A stretch of 57,406 nt of DNA, filler included, from Platydemus manokwari (GCA_037951405.1; 5 parts of 5 records of this genome joined end to end with filler, not necessarily neighbours in it); one strand, 5' to 3'; shown: positions 13,380 through 27,966, counted from the first letter of the whole stretch. Translations and numbers: made by a program. The notes: generated by a model from the sequence alone, not told the origin.

Positions 13380-15580
13380 ATCTGGATTTGGAATTAAATA
13401 TTTTCTTAATTTGTACGAAATTATTATGTAAAATATGATATGAGTGACAGAGAACGATGGATATCCCTTATACAAAAGAAGATCGATAGTTGAAAGTGCT
13501 ATATTGCCAACTCTACTAATATGCAATGGTGACATCGAAATAGATAACCAAAGGGTTGTTCCAAATTCGCCATTCCTACCAAAAACATACAAGGCTCAAA
13601 TAACTTTGAATACTCTAACTTCGTTAAATCAATCAAATGCATTTATAAGCACGTAAATAAAGGCAGTAATTTGACAGTTTATGGCGTGAAATAAGAGAGA
13701 AGTGCAGCCACACATTTTGATAAAATCACACATACCAGGCTGGAAGATATGCAAACAGAAATGAAGTTGTAAGAAATTTTCTCTTTCCACATACATGATC
13801 GAATTCTAGCTGTTGTTTACTTATCAGTTCATCTAGAAAATTGTTAAGACGTTTATTTCACAACTGCAAATACGCACCAAATAGCTCTGAATCCACCAAA
13901 TGCAACGTTAACTGCATTCTTCAATTTCCGTCAAAATGACTCCTTTTCGAAAAAAACTGTTGTACTCGAAAGTACCTACGTATTACATATGGGATATAGG
14001 CAGACAATCATTTCAACGATGTTAAAGAATCGAACTAGTTGACGGACAAAGTGCGATATTCAAAGACACCACTATGGACAGACTGTATACCGTGCATCCC
14101 AGTCAAGATGAATGCTTCTAGCTTCGTAAGCTGATGATAGATGTGTCTTTCCATGAATCAAGAACTGTAAATAGCATTAGATATTGGGATATGTGAATTA
14201 ATGACACATGCAATATGTCACATCCAAATCAAGCTCTTGAATTGCTTGTAATCACACTAACCGTCTGCTCTACTTCATCTACAGAGTTATGAGAGAAGTA
14301 TAAATCGTGTGTCTGAAGATATTTTCCGCAGAATACCCAAAAAATTCAAACATGAAAGTGAATTTCACAGCAGAAATCAATAACAAAGAGTTGATAATTA
14401 TTGAGAAATCGTGCTTGGATAATGCAAACAAAGTTATAAATCAATTTGGATGCCATTACTGAAGCTAATGGATTTTATGTAAAACTACATCGTGAACAAA
14501 ATTTCAATTTGGGGAAATCTTTTGTCATCTGAACAATTAAATATTCTTAAGCTAACGTTTGAGCAAAAAATGTTACCAATACGATAATCCAAGGTGCCAA
14601 TGTTGGAGTGGAAGAAAACTTCTTAGATGTGCTTTCCTAATAAAATTATTTTTAGTAACAATTCTATCACAAAATGGCATAGCCTTGACCCTTGCCAAAT
14701 CCAGAACAGTTGAGGCAATTCAACTAGATTGAAGAGCAGCTCATTCGACTTTCATACTATTTAGGGACTGATTAATAGTGATTGTAGGTAGTTTTAGGTA
14801 AACATTACTTGTAATTCCAAGATTGACATCAGCAGACGAAATTAATGCTTGTCTAAAATATTCTACTTTATAGAGATACGTAAAGTCGTCAAAATTTATT
14901 AAAAATTAGTGTGTCTAGCTGTAAAATGATCAATCAGCTGAGATATTCTCGCACTAGTTGCTGCAAATTGAGAAGCATTTTCTAATATTGAAACTAATAA
15001 TAAGAATCATGTTTGGTTAAGTGAACGAGCTATTCTGGCAAGTAAGAATCAAGACGCCTGGATCTATAAGCACTGTTGTGGATGCAGATGATACACTCAA
15101 TTATCCAACAGAATTTTGAATTCACTCTATTTGTCTGGGGTACCACCGCAAGTACTGCAATTGAAAATCGGTGTGTTAGTTATCATATTGCGAAATGTTA
15201 ACCAGCTTGCAGTAAAAAATGTATGAACCAACAATCTTGAAGGGACTTTCAAATGTGTTGATGTTCCTCATATTCCTCTGATTCCAACAGATACACCATT
15301 TTAATTTGAACGATTAGAATTTCCAATTTGACAAGCCAGTCTTTAGAAATATGCGATTTAGATCTTGGAAAGGATTACTTCTCAAGTGGACAATTGTATG
15401 CTGTGTGTTCTAGAGCTGGCAAACCAAGCAACCTCTCTAATGGAACAATGGAAGGACAAAAATATTGTATATCCATAAGCATTGTAAAATTAAAAATCTT
15501 AGAAACATTCTCATTCTCCTATCTTTTATATTTAATTTAACCGGATTGAGTCACAGCAACGAGAGTCCGGGAATGGTGAG
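13380..15580 (+). mobile_element. Decayed Helitron (Rep plus PIF1 helicase remnants with degenerate 3' terminus)
   Basis: DGYPLYKRR, IDNQRVVPNSPFL, KSIKCIYKHVNKGS, HLEN, GRLYTVHP-like, WLSERAILA, NYPTEF, GVPPQVLQLKIG and GQLYAVCSR occur in canonical order with many stops and frameshifts. cacagcaacgagagtccggg at ~15552-15571 resembles a Helitron 3' end. Confidence 0.88.
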
Positions 15581-17702
15581 TAAATTAATACAATTGATTA
15601 ATATAAACCAATTTCCAATATTTCTGATCTCAGGGAGAATCTTGAATTTCCTGACAGTTGATCCAATGTAACTTGTAAAATTAATTAAGCGATTGCTTAC
15701 CTAAATCGATAACGACACCCGCAACCCTGTACAAATTATAATTTGGACTAATTTTAGTTTGGAATTTAAATAGAACAATTATTCAGTATAATGATGGTGA
15801 AATCGTTTATAAAACCTGTAGATATTTCCAAGTGAATAATCTCAATAAACTGTTACAGCAGTCAATAATGTGAGCTGAAGTAAAAATTCAGAAGTGCATA
15901 AGAACAAACTTAAATGGCATCTAGTTAAAAATAAAATTAAAATATTTATCGAATATGCAATTTAAATAAGGCTTTATTGACTGAGTCCGTTATTTCAATT
16001 GGTCCATAATGAATTATATTACATGGTTCAAGGTAAAACTTCTGTCACTTGTGAGCATAACAGATATGAGCTATAAAGGATTATTAACAAAATTATAATC
16101 GTTATTTACTAATCGAAAATTCTGCTTGAATATTTTTTCTGAAAGCAAATTTTATGTGCCATTCCATTTGTTGACTGGGATTCAGCATTAATTCATTTTC
16201 GACAATAAAAATCGAGTTTGCAACATTGACGGAAAGGCTAAGTTTATTCTGAAATCAATTATAAAGCATCAATTAAATCCAAATTCCAGTCACAAGTTTA
16301 TCTTATTGGTTTTAAACGATTTAAAAAAAATTGAAAACGCAAAATATTAATAGCCTATGAAATTTTATTCTATTATTTGTCGGACTTTAGCAAACGTTAA
16401 TAGCATATATTAAATTGTGCTCTAAACTTTACAATATTTTGCTTGACTGAAATGTTATTACCTATATATACTTTGACTATTCTTTATCTGTATACTTTCA
16501 AGGTTTATAAATTCGATTTCTAGTAATTATTTCATTATATCTGGTATTTGTCTTTTATTTATTATTTACTTAATTTGTAGAAAATTTTATCAAATTATCT
16601 TCAATATTAGAAAATTTATGAAAAATTTTTTTTAAAAATAATAGATAAAATCTATGTAGGAGGAAAATAAATTAAGAAAAAAAATATTATTCATAATGTG
16701 AGCGACATCAAAAATTTAATTTTAATAATCTGAGTGGATTTATGATAAATAATCAAAATATAATTAATAAAATTATCAAAGTAGAAAAATAAAATAATTT
16801 TATAAATTAGTGAAGAAAAAAAATAAAAAAATTAATTATTCATAATCAGCATAGTATAGAACAGAAAATAGTATGAGAGCAGAATGGAAAGTCAGAAAAT
16901 CGCTCACAAAACTTTTCATAAGTTCCGAATAAAGGAATTTGAAACTTTCAGAAATACTTAATGAAAATAGACTTGAGAATTGTTGATAAAGAATAATAAT
17001 TGTTAATTAAAAGATACGGATTGTGTCGTAAATTAAGATTTCTATTAAATTATATTATAAACTTTATATCGACACAATGGAAGTTCTTTATTCAAACCTT
17101 ACTTCGATGACCCTCTTTCTAAATTCTCTGATTGATTAAACTCTTCATTTTGTAGCGTGTTGTAATAAATAGCTTCTTTGAACTTATTTGATAAGGTGGA
17201 TACATCCGTTAATTTGTATGATATTTTATAAAGGGGTTTAAATTTATTGATCATAATACTCTATCCACCAATAACTATTACATCGACTTAGTGAAATTGC
17301 TTGAAGTTGATTTTCCTAAGCTTCACAAGTTAAGTGTCCGAGTACCAAGAATTGAACCACAATCATTTTCAATAATATTAATTTACTTTATTAATGACTT
17401 CCAATGTTATACAATATAAAATCAAGACTTTGGAAGTGCCACAATTAAATTACTTAAAAATATTTGGGAAGTTCGAATTGTTAACAAAAATTCAAAAACA
17501 TAAATTTAGGTCAAATAAATTTTCTATTCAAATACTGATTTTAAATTTGTAAGATAATGTGCCAGTAATATTAATCATAAATCGATAATGGATTTTCACA
17601 GCACTTTCGATATTTATGCGGATGTTTAAATAATATTTATAACATTCTTAATTTGCGAAATTTTAAACGTTTATATTTTTTATTCATTATTATTTGATTT
17701 TT

Positions 17703-20700
17703 ATGGATAAATGTCATGTAATTATTGTTGATACTGTTAATTCCAAAAAATTCAATTCAAAAAATGTCAAAAATATTGTAAGTTATCTATTTTACTCCGT
17801 TATAAATCCAGATTTATTTTGTTAACATATTATATAATTTTATTTGATTTTAGATAAATGAAATTCTCATATCTGACTCCAATTTTCTTTTTAATAAACA
17901 GAGTTATTTATCAAACAATGTCGAACTTTTGGATCTGGATATGGTTAATTGATTAGTTTATATATCAAAACCTTTACAACATCGTCTTTAGAATTGTGAT
18001 AAAATTGCAATTGAAAAAGCACTTTTAAAAGAACATTTATTTATTAATATTATTAGGTTAAAACTTTCAATATAAATGATTTTGTTAATTGTTAAATTAA
18101 AACATTAGTTCATCGACAATGTTATCGATTGGCGATCAAGATCGTAACAATGGGCATGAAAAATCTTCACATCGTGTTCAGAATTCATTGCCATTTCGTT
18201 ATTATAATTTGTTGAGACATGCATTCATTTCCAAGAATAGAAATTGTGATTTTATTATTAACTTATTAATTAATTAATGATAATTAAATGATTTAGCTAT
18301 GTTTTTATTGGTTGATAATGATGAATATTTCTATAATAATAGTGATATCGATGGTCATTGTTATCCTATCAACATCAATTGGATGGAAATAGAATCAGAA
18401 ATATGTGTAAATATTCATTTTTTTTACCGAATGACTTAATTTTAATTAATTAATTTTGTTTATTTGATAAATAATTGTCTATTTTTGCTTATCATGGTTT
18501 TCATTATCAAAACAATTGGTTTGATTTTCTATTTGATTGGAATTCGTAAATTGTTGAATTACGTTCGATTTTTTTTAGCGATGATGAGCTTACCTTGTAT
18601 GCGAGTCTTCGAACGCGATAGAGTCGTCAAAATATTTGGCATTTTACTAGCTTTTATTAATATTTTCCCATGTTTTATTAATTGATATTTGATTTGTAAT
18701 GTTTTGCGCGAGTATTGATTTATGAAACTGTATTCTTTGTATCCGGCGAGATTCTCGCGATACACCCCGAGTAATATTAACAATATTTTTAATAATTGTT
18801 GAATATCAATCTTGTTTTGCTTATTTATAAATTTGATTGTGCGCATTAATAATCGATGGCGAGAACAAATAAATCACCAAAATATAAATCTTGTATTGAT
18901 TGTGATTGAAAGATGATGTGGCGAGAAACTCGTCAACAATATTTCAATTAGCGTGATTTTTGTTCCTCGCTTGACTTCAATAGATTTTGGATAGGATTTT
19001 CTTTTTTAGTGGTTATCTTGTTAATTAATCTCTATATCGACCAATCATTACCTTTTAGGCATTGAAAACATTCATCATTGATTTATGTATTTAGAGAGAT
19101 CAATTGATCCGAATCGCTTATCCGGGTAGTTCGTATGAGAAACAAGTAATGAAATAATCATCAATTCATATTTTAAATCGCAATATTTTAATTTATGGCT
19201 ACTTCTAGCTACAAATGTGGCTTTTATCCAAACTTATCGCTATCGATGGCAATTTTCCTTTCTTTTGTTTTCCTATTCTTTGTCAATTGATGAATTTACC
19301 CAACAATGGTTTTGTACAAATGAAATTGAATTTATTCGACAATTGTGATGATTCGTCAATGACCTTGAAATATAGCGAGATGGTCGCCGATAAATTAGCG
19401 AGATTTAATACCTCGTCAAATGATGAGTATTGTTGTCCAGTATTTATTCACGCCAATCAAAATGTTGATTGGCATATTATCAGGAAATGTATTTATGAAA
19501 AATTCAGGTATTTGGTATTGCTGGTTGTTGAACGATACCATGTTGATTCGATATTTGATATGATTTATAGTGCTCCAAATGTATTTATCGGTCATTATTC
19601 GTCAAGAATCAATCCATTATATCAAGATATTAATTTCCTTCTTGTTTCTTTGTTGAAATATTTCGAAATATTGCCACAAGTAAATAAAACATCGATTGTT
19701 GTTATATATGGTCAATGACGAGATATTTTTGTGTCAAATCTAGGATCATCAGTTGCCCTTTACTACAATTCAAATGGCAACTCTCGTCAGTGATTGTTTG
19801 AGATCTAAATCGACAATGAAGGGTGGGAAATCTCTGGTGATATTTATCGAGGATATCGATTGGGTAAGTACTTGTTATTGATTTATCACACACACAAACA
19901 TATATTCATTCTTAAGCTAGCATAAATAATCAATATTGGTATTGATCTGTTACTATTATATCAGTATTGGTATCGATATGGTGTTGTTATTTCACATTTT
20001 ATTTGGATATTAGTATCGATCCCGTTATTGATATTGTTAACAATATAATAATATTGGCATTGATGGTGATCTAATCATTTAATAGTATTTGTGCGTTACG
20101 CTCTGAAACATTGAAAGGAACATCATTTTTGATGATAATTATATATTGATATTATTGAGAATGTCGATACTTGTGTCAGTATTGATAATAATGATAAATG
20201 AACGTGATTGATATTTTTATCTCAACATGAGTATTGCTTTATAGTTTTATTGATAGGTGTTACAATATATAGGTATTGGTGTTTGTGTTGGTATCAATGT
20301 AATTATATTCATATTGGTTTCGATATCATTGTATTTCTATCGGTATCGATATCATTATATTCATTTGGTATCGATATTATTATTATTCTATCGGTATCGA
20401 TGGTATTATATTCATATTAGTATCGGTATCATTGTATTTCTATCGGTATCATTGTCATTTAATTGGGAATAGAATGTTTCGAAATTAAAACAAATGTTTG
20501 TAATACCCAAAGTCTGGGAATATATTGTTACTTCGTTATTCATCATTTATTTCATAACAATTGAATAAATTTCCCATAGTAGTGATTTGTTCTAAATTTT
20601 TATTTACTTCGGTTCAATAATATTTTTGGCAATGGTGACCAATATTGATGCCAATATATGTGTCCAGATTGCGTCTACATCATTAACCAATGAAGCGTGT

Positions 20701-21775
20701 TCATGGTTACCAGAAAAGTGTGCACCAAACATTCAAATTATTATTACGGCTTCTAAAGATTCCATCCACGAAAAAAGTCTAAAATGTCGTCGAAGTCCAC
20801 CAATATTCATTGATGTATCCTATCCAGATTCATGGCAATTTCAACAACATTGTTCTTGTCAACAGCAATGGTGCATATCAAAATTGTATTAGTAAGATTA
20901 TGTTATATGATTACGTGATTTCATAATTCTATTACCATAATTTGTTTGTAGCTCCACAGAAAAATTGACTCATTTCATCTCGTGTCCAGTTAATGAAAAT
21001 GTCAAAATTTTTATCATTAGATTGCTTTCGATCTTCATGTGCTCTGTGATGTGTGCCTTGACGCGATCGCAAATTGATTGGTTGTTGTCGTTTAATAGCG
21101 CTCATGACGTCATCGATAGTAGAGATGTGGATTTTACCACTGCCGAGAAGGGTGAGGACACTCATTTCTAATGTAACCATGACAACTAATGCACAGTTCA
21201 TTATTGTAATGGTTTATTTTGGATGTCATTGAAGAAAATCGATAATATTTTTTGCAGATCAATCGGAATTATCAGAAAAGGTCATAATGACCTTCAATAA
21301 AGAAAGCCAGAAGATCGTTACCGAAGAGGAGTCAAAAAATATAACGCACACTATTGGATTATTGATCGGTGCAGGCATCATCCACCAGTCGAGCTTCAAT
21401 TACATGAATGAACCTTATTACGCTCTGACTATCCCACAATTGAATCAACACATCAGTGATTATTTGCGAGATAAAATCGATCCGAGAGATATCGAATTAA
21501 TCAAATGTCAGTTGGCTGCATATTTCGTCTATCAGGCGACAGATCTGCATTTAGAAATCCTTTTTGTGCCCAACTTGCTCCAATACTTGTCGGTGATTAA
21601 AGATACAACTCTCAAGGACTGGCTAGTCAGTTGGCCCGTTCTCGTGCGGTTGCGGGACGAATTTTGCGTTCCAGTAAAGCTCCTGTCCTTATGGCGTGCT
21701 CTCCTTGGTCCCCATACCGATTACAAGCCTATGATCAATGCGTACATCACTACATGTCTTCCAGATAAACGGTAA
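17703..21775 (+). CDS. Multi-exon divergent DUF4062/NACHT-like protein (NPHP3/TTC41/NWD/TEP1-like architecture); 3' end probably beyond the gap
   Basis: Phase-consistent GT-AG exons 17703-17777, 17854-17943, 17992-18056, 18109-18245, 18297-~18404, with further exons in 18579-21772. Motif echoes in expected order: PININWMEIESE, CMRVFERD..IFGIL, APNVFIGHYS, SWLPEKCAPNIQIIITAS, ALTRSQIDWLL, QLNQHISDYL, LAAYF. Start codon and the middle exon boundaries are uncertain. Confidence 0.6.
20300..20460. repeat. Degenerate ~25-bp minisatellite (core ggtatcgatatcatt) in an intron
   Basis: Repeated atcattgtatttctatcggtatc and atcattatattcatttggtatcg units; related copies at 19930-20030. Confidence 0.7.
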
Positions 21776-21880
21776 TACTGGATTATTATTCATTATTATT
21801 TTTGGTTGTTGGGAAAATAATGGCCGTTTGTAAACGTATACTTTAAAATACTATAACTCGCTTTAAAATGAACTTTATTA

Positions 21881-21980
21881 NNNNNNNNNNNNNNNNNNNN
21901 NNNNNNNNNNNNNNNNNNNNNNNNTTAATTAATTAANNNNNNNNNNNNNNNNNNNNNNNNNNNNNNNNNNNNNNNNNNNN
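21881..21980. other. Assembly gap spacer
   Basis: N44-TTAATTAATTAA-N44. Confidence 0.98.
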
Positions 21981-21994
21981 CACTCAATTTGCTT

Positions 21995-22050
21995 CTAATG
22001 TTAAAAAAGGAGTCCCGTTAATTTTATTAAATTGCGACTTGACCTACTTG
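21995..22050 (+). repeat. Diverged copy of the element end at window position 1-58
   Basis: ctaatgttaaaaaaggagtcccgttaattttattaaattgcgacttgacctact versus ctaatgttaaaaaaggggtcttcgctaattttcaataaattgcaattctacctact. Confidence 0.7.
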
Positions 22051-25000
22051 GAGACCTTTCAATTATTATTCTCAAATTTTATTCTTCAATGTTCGATATC
22101 AACAATTCGCCTAATTCTGTTATAAAATTAAATCTCTTCAAGCGTTACTCTTTCCTTCATTAAGCATTAAACTCGTATTTTATCTCATTATTAATAATTA
22201 TATTTTTAAATATGGGGTTAAAATAATCTCATCTTTGATTTGTATTAGAATTTACAGTAACTGAAAACGATAATTATTTATAATAAATATGTTGAATAAT
22301 TGGTGCTTTCAAATGATATAAGATGAAATTAAGTTTTGATTCAAGATTTTGATGTAAGGGTAAGACGAGTATTTGATTATAAGTTCAGTGTTCTATTTTA
22401 GCATGTCTATTTAACTGAAGAATTTTAAAACAATTTGATGGTTAATCATCGAAAATGACCTTAATTATAAAAATAATTATAATCATAATTTTAATCAATA
22501 ATAATATTATAACTATTTTATTTATTTACGAATGTTGTTTTGGAATGAATTTCATTCGGCATTTCATTTACCAAAGTAATTATGCTCTCAGTGAATTACT
22601 TGGTTCTAACTCTTTTCAAAAGTGTTTTTCATTCATCTACCAATGGTATTTATGGTCTCATTAATCAATATATCTTCACTATATTTTCTGGGACTATTTA
22701 TATGTACATACTATTTTCGAGATATTTTATGATACTGTTCGCGCGTTATTTATGGTAATTTTCGAGATATTTTTATTCGATCATTATATTATTCCATCAA
22801 TTTGTTATTGTTAACCTGTCTCTTCGTTTTTTTTTCATATTTTTATTTTTAAAATTTCTCGTTTATTTTTCTTCTTATTATTTCTTTAATTAATGACATT
22901 TTTAACAACTTCTTTTTACTATTTTCTCTTTTAAAAAACTGATTTTTTAAATCCTCATTTATCATAAAAATAAACAAAAAATGCAAATAAAAATCAATAT
23001 TTTATTAAGGCTGAAATAGAAAAATAAAATCAAAATTCATTAAAATGAAATGTTTATTTGCAACATAAATATTGATGGTTGTTGTGAATTACTTAGATGC
23101 AATAGGTGAAGATTTGAACTTGATTTTATGATTATTAGGATTGAAATGCTCTTGGTTTTGAAAAGATGCTATGAAGCTTGATTTATTTTCGAGCATTATG
23201 ATTCAGATGAATTGCTTTATTTGGGTTAAGCAGGATTGTTTTGATTTGATTGGTTGAAACATCAGGATTAGGATCAGGGGTGTTTGACATTGTTTTCTGG
23301 GAATATCAATTATAATAATATTCATCTGTCGAGTTTGGAATAAAAATACCTGAGGAATGCTTAGCTAAACCAGATAATAATCGTTCAATGGTCCATACAT
23401 GGAATCAAAACAAGCATACTCACAGAAACGAAATAAAAAACGTCCAAATCCGCCAATAATATCACAGAAACAAATAATTATATCAATTAATAACTTTGAC
23501 TAACATTTGAACATTAAAAGAAAACAAAAATCTAAGCAAAACACATCAAAAATACACAAAAATAGCCAATAAATTGAGATGGATCTTGACATGGTACAGA
23601 TTTCCCGTTTTCTTCACTAACCCTTATGTATTCATTTCATTTTAGGAGCTTTGATCCCATTTTGATAGTGATATTTCCTTGACTCTGAATTTGAATCCTA
23701 GAACTTCGTGAGACATTATTTTGTCTGAGTCTGAATTATAATTTATTAAATTTAACTTTCCATATTTCAATCATTTTATAATCTGACACTAATCTAGCAA
23801 ATGTCCACTACTCTAATTGATCTTTCATTATCATTATATTTTAACTTATTAGTTTTAAAACAATTTGTGAATAATTAGAGAATAACAACTTGAAACGAAC
23901 GTTGAAGCAGGTCGTTATGAATGGAAAAGTCTAAAAGAAATTTAGAGTTACTCTAATTATATTCTTTATTTCGAGGTTAGTATCGAATTACTTCGCACAC
24001 TTTCGTTGATAGAAGAACGGGATTATCATATCTAGACAAAATATCATTTGAGTGCAGACAAGTAAAAGTATGAAAGGTAATATTATTATCTTTATATTGA
24101 TCTTTCCTGAATTTCCAAATAATCACGTGAATAGGTATTTGAAAGATATTGCAGAAATTGTACAGTAACATTACCTTATTCTATACATTAATATTTGTTA
24201 TAAATATCCACTTCATATTATATGCGAGTACTTTTATTAACTCCATTTTAATCTTGTGTGATAGAAATTGCGCTTGTGTTCAGAGTACAGTAATTTGTAA
24301 AATCCATAGATATACTGATAGGCGCTCGACATAAGCATCTAAGAAAAAATCATTAAATTAACCATACCGGGCTATCTAACTCAGCCAAATTTATATTTTA
24401 TATAATAATATAAACATTGAAAGTAAAAATTTTATCAACATTAGTCTCCTAAGCACTTATTGTCTATCCTAACAGTTAGATTTTGTCGTTGAGCATGCAT
24501 TAATTATAAGGATATTCAGCCAACTTGAATTTCAATTCGTGTATTATCAGTAAGTCACAAATAATAAGTCGATACTCTTTTGATTAGTTTCTGAAACATT
24601 GACGATGACATTTTAATCCATAAAATCATTCATGATTTTTCCTAAATCTCTTTAACAAATTCAATCTGGCTTCAGTATTAGATATTTATGTAGAAATAGA
24701 AGAATTTAATTCATATCATTATTCAATAGATTTTTTTACTTTTCTCTTGGAAATCCGTGATCAAATCAAAAATATAACTGTACGGTATTTTTTTACGTTT
24801 TTGTTTTTTTTTAACTAACGCAAACTAATAATGTGGTACAAATAAAAAAATACTCTTTAATGTGTTTCTAACCGACACATTTCTTGTTAATATTTTCATT
24901 GTTACGTTTATAATTCAAAGGTAACCACCGAGATAAGACCTAATTAAATAGACATTAATTAGTAACATTCGCATCGAAATTGGAATTTAGGTTAAACTTG

Positions 25001-25209
25001 TTTTTTGATCTAATTTCATTATCATTAATCTGTAAAAATTATTAGATTTTAGAATTGATTTATATAAAAATTGTAATTTTAGAGGAACATTGTATGGGTT
25101 AATTGCATTTTAATTGTTCATAATTATTATTGTAGTAATTTATACGGTTTGACCAATTAATGAAATATTTTCAATTGTTGCCAGTGCCGCATTGATATTT
25201 AGAGCTTGA

Positions 25210-25820
25210 TTGTAGCTGGAAGACATTCCAACAAAATATATAAATGATTTATCCAAAGTTAACCATTTTCAAATAAATCACATGTTATTTTATCTTTCTC
25301 TTTAATTTCGTCATCTATAATTTTCATGGTTTATACTTCAAATAACAAGGAATCATGAATTTTAATAATGAATTTAATTATTTTCAGTTTTTTTTTCAAA
25401 ATTTTGAGAGGTTCGGATTTTATGAAATTCATTTAATAGCTCAATTTTTATACGTTTCTAATAAATAGATTTAAAAATATTTAGAATGTCGCATTTGAAC
25501 TAAAAAATTACAATTTTATGACAACACTTGTTTTACATTTTATTTAGTATTATTATTTTTAATATTAAAACTAAATTTACTTCATGAACCCATTCAACAC
25601 TCTCGTATGGTAAAAAAAATTAAAAAAAATAGAAGTAAAAAATTTGATTTTTTTGATTAAGACGTTATTTTTACTGCAAAGTTGAAGTATAAAACTTCAC
25701 GAGGAACTAATTAAAGATAAAGATAAAATAACATTTGATGTATTGCGTAATTTTTAATTTATTATGGGTAAGCCCTGGTCAACCATTTGTACATTTCTTT
25801 GAAGATTATATATTTCCTAC
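25210..25820. mobile_element. Foldback/MITE-like element with long imperfect inverted arms
   Basis: atcacatgttattttatctttctctttaatt (~25277-25307) matches the reverse complement of aattaaagataaagataaaataacatttgat (~25709-25739) at 29/31. tttatacttcaa pairs with ttgaagtataaa internally, and weaker similarity extends outward. Confidence 0.6.
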
Positions 25821-27966
25821 GATGAGTTGGTTATAAATACGATATTGTTAAACATTCAAATTCTTTATTAAATTTTAATTTTTATTAAATATCTGATAAT
25901 TTTTTTCTCATTTTCATTTAATATAAAATCATGTTTATAAATAATATTTTTCTAAAAAGAAAATGATTTTTATAAAAAGAAACTTAATCTACTTCCTTTC
26001 ACAAATGTGTTACTAGATAAATAATAACTATTCATAAAGATTATTTTAAATATTTGTTTTATTATTATTTTCTGTTAATTAATCGATGTCTGGTTATTAT
26101 AATTATTGTGCAGAAAATTGATATGATATAAAATCTATAAATGAAGTGAAAAATCCATAATTCTAACGCATTAATGATGTTAACATGATCTAAAATATAA
26201 TTGTTTTTTATGTTTTCACAATTAGTGAAAGTGTTTTTTGTACATCAGCTATAATGAAAATATAAATGGTTTGTAAAATATTATGTTAGGGTTTAATTTA
26301 GAATTTTGTTTATTTGTATTAAATATGGATTCAAGGTTAATGCAAATAACCCTGGGACTTTGTAGTTTATATTTTGATGGTGATTTTTATGGTGATCTCA
26401 AGCTAATGATCAAATGTTCGAAAACTATTTATGGCATTAAATCATAACCTATGGAAATTTGAAAATATTGTCAATTAAATATGATTATTAAATAAATGAA
26501 CGGCCTTGTTACAACGGCAATAACTGCTCATTACCAGTAGGAAATTGAGTATTAACTATGATTTTCATTCAACGGAAAATCGCTTTGAAGTTTTTATTAA
26601 CTTAAGTGCAAATAATATTATGTTATGAATTTTGGAACACACAAGTGTTTCAGAACCATTGAAAGTTAATATTGTTATTGTTTATGCAGAACATGATGTA
26701 TTCGGTGTATTTGTTTGAAATTGCTTTTGCGATTGATTTGATGTACGGTTTTAAATGTTTGTATTATGATACTCATGAATTTCTAGTCGAAAATTTGTCA
26801 ATTTTAATTTTGAAACTTAAACATTTGGAAATTATTTTTGATTTTTTATAATTCGTTGAGAAAAAATAACATTTTCTGGTTCTAATGCAGGTGTTAGAGA
26901 AATATTTAATGTTTTTATTTAGATTTGAGGAAACCAATCGTAATAAACTTCATATTCTGTGTTAAGACTATTGTTTGTATATCATAACGTGTTATTTAAA
27001 TTTTCTAGAATGTCATTATTTGTTTATAGCAAGCATTAGATTTTCGGGTTATGCGTGAATATGGATTTGGATGTCAAATTAAGTTGATAGCATTTAATTG
27101 ATGTAATTATGGTTTTAGTTAGCTTAGATCTCGGTTTGAAGGAATTCGCACATTTCTTCGAATTATCCTTTACTTGTCAAAAATTGAAATACTGAATCAC
27201 AGAAAACAAGAAATTTAGTCCTGACTAATATTTTTAAAATAATATTACTAACATTTATTATTTGAGTAATATATTTAAATTTATAATTCTAAAATTGTGT
27301 TAGTGTTATAATTACCAACTGTTTGAGAGTATAAGTAACTAATCATTTGTCTTTTTATTTAATTGTTCACTATTGCGCAATTTCGTTATGTTTACTCAAC
27401 AATATCAGATTACTTCCAGCCCAAAAGTATTGATTAAACATTTAAATACTCTTTCTATACTTTATAATTTCCCATAGAATATTTTATTTTTTTACTGACA
27501 ATGTAGGCGTTAACAAAAAATTTAATTTTCATATTTTTAAAAATTTTGCAACCATGTTGTAAAAACCATGTGTTTAAAATTATATCTTATAATAAATTAT
27601 AATTTATCCAGGTTAGCAAAATGAGCTTGATATATTTAATTGGTTTTGTTAAACATTTATTGGGATCTTGGGTTAACTGATCAACTAAACTCATTAAGTG
27701 ATCCATTCTGTATCAATGTATAAGTGTATCCATTTGCTGATCTATTAATTATTTACGCGTAATCACAGTATCAATGTACAGGTGTATTAATTTCATTGAA
27801 CAAATGCGTCCATTTTAGAAAAACAATAACATTTTATTCGCGTAATCAAAGGACAAAATAATTATTTAATTGAAATAGCAAAAATTGTATTAAATAATAA
27901 GTTGATAATATTCTTAATAAAAATAATTTATCTTGATGTTCTTAGAATAAATATTGAATAAATACA

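Noticed and set aside
20208-20472. Two hydrophobic ORFs; also considered as a CRISPR-like array
   Set aside because: Degenerate tandem minisatellite without unique spacers, in a eukaryotic intron, with no cas genes.
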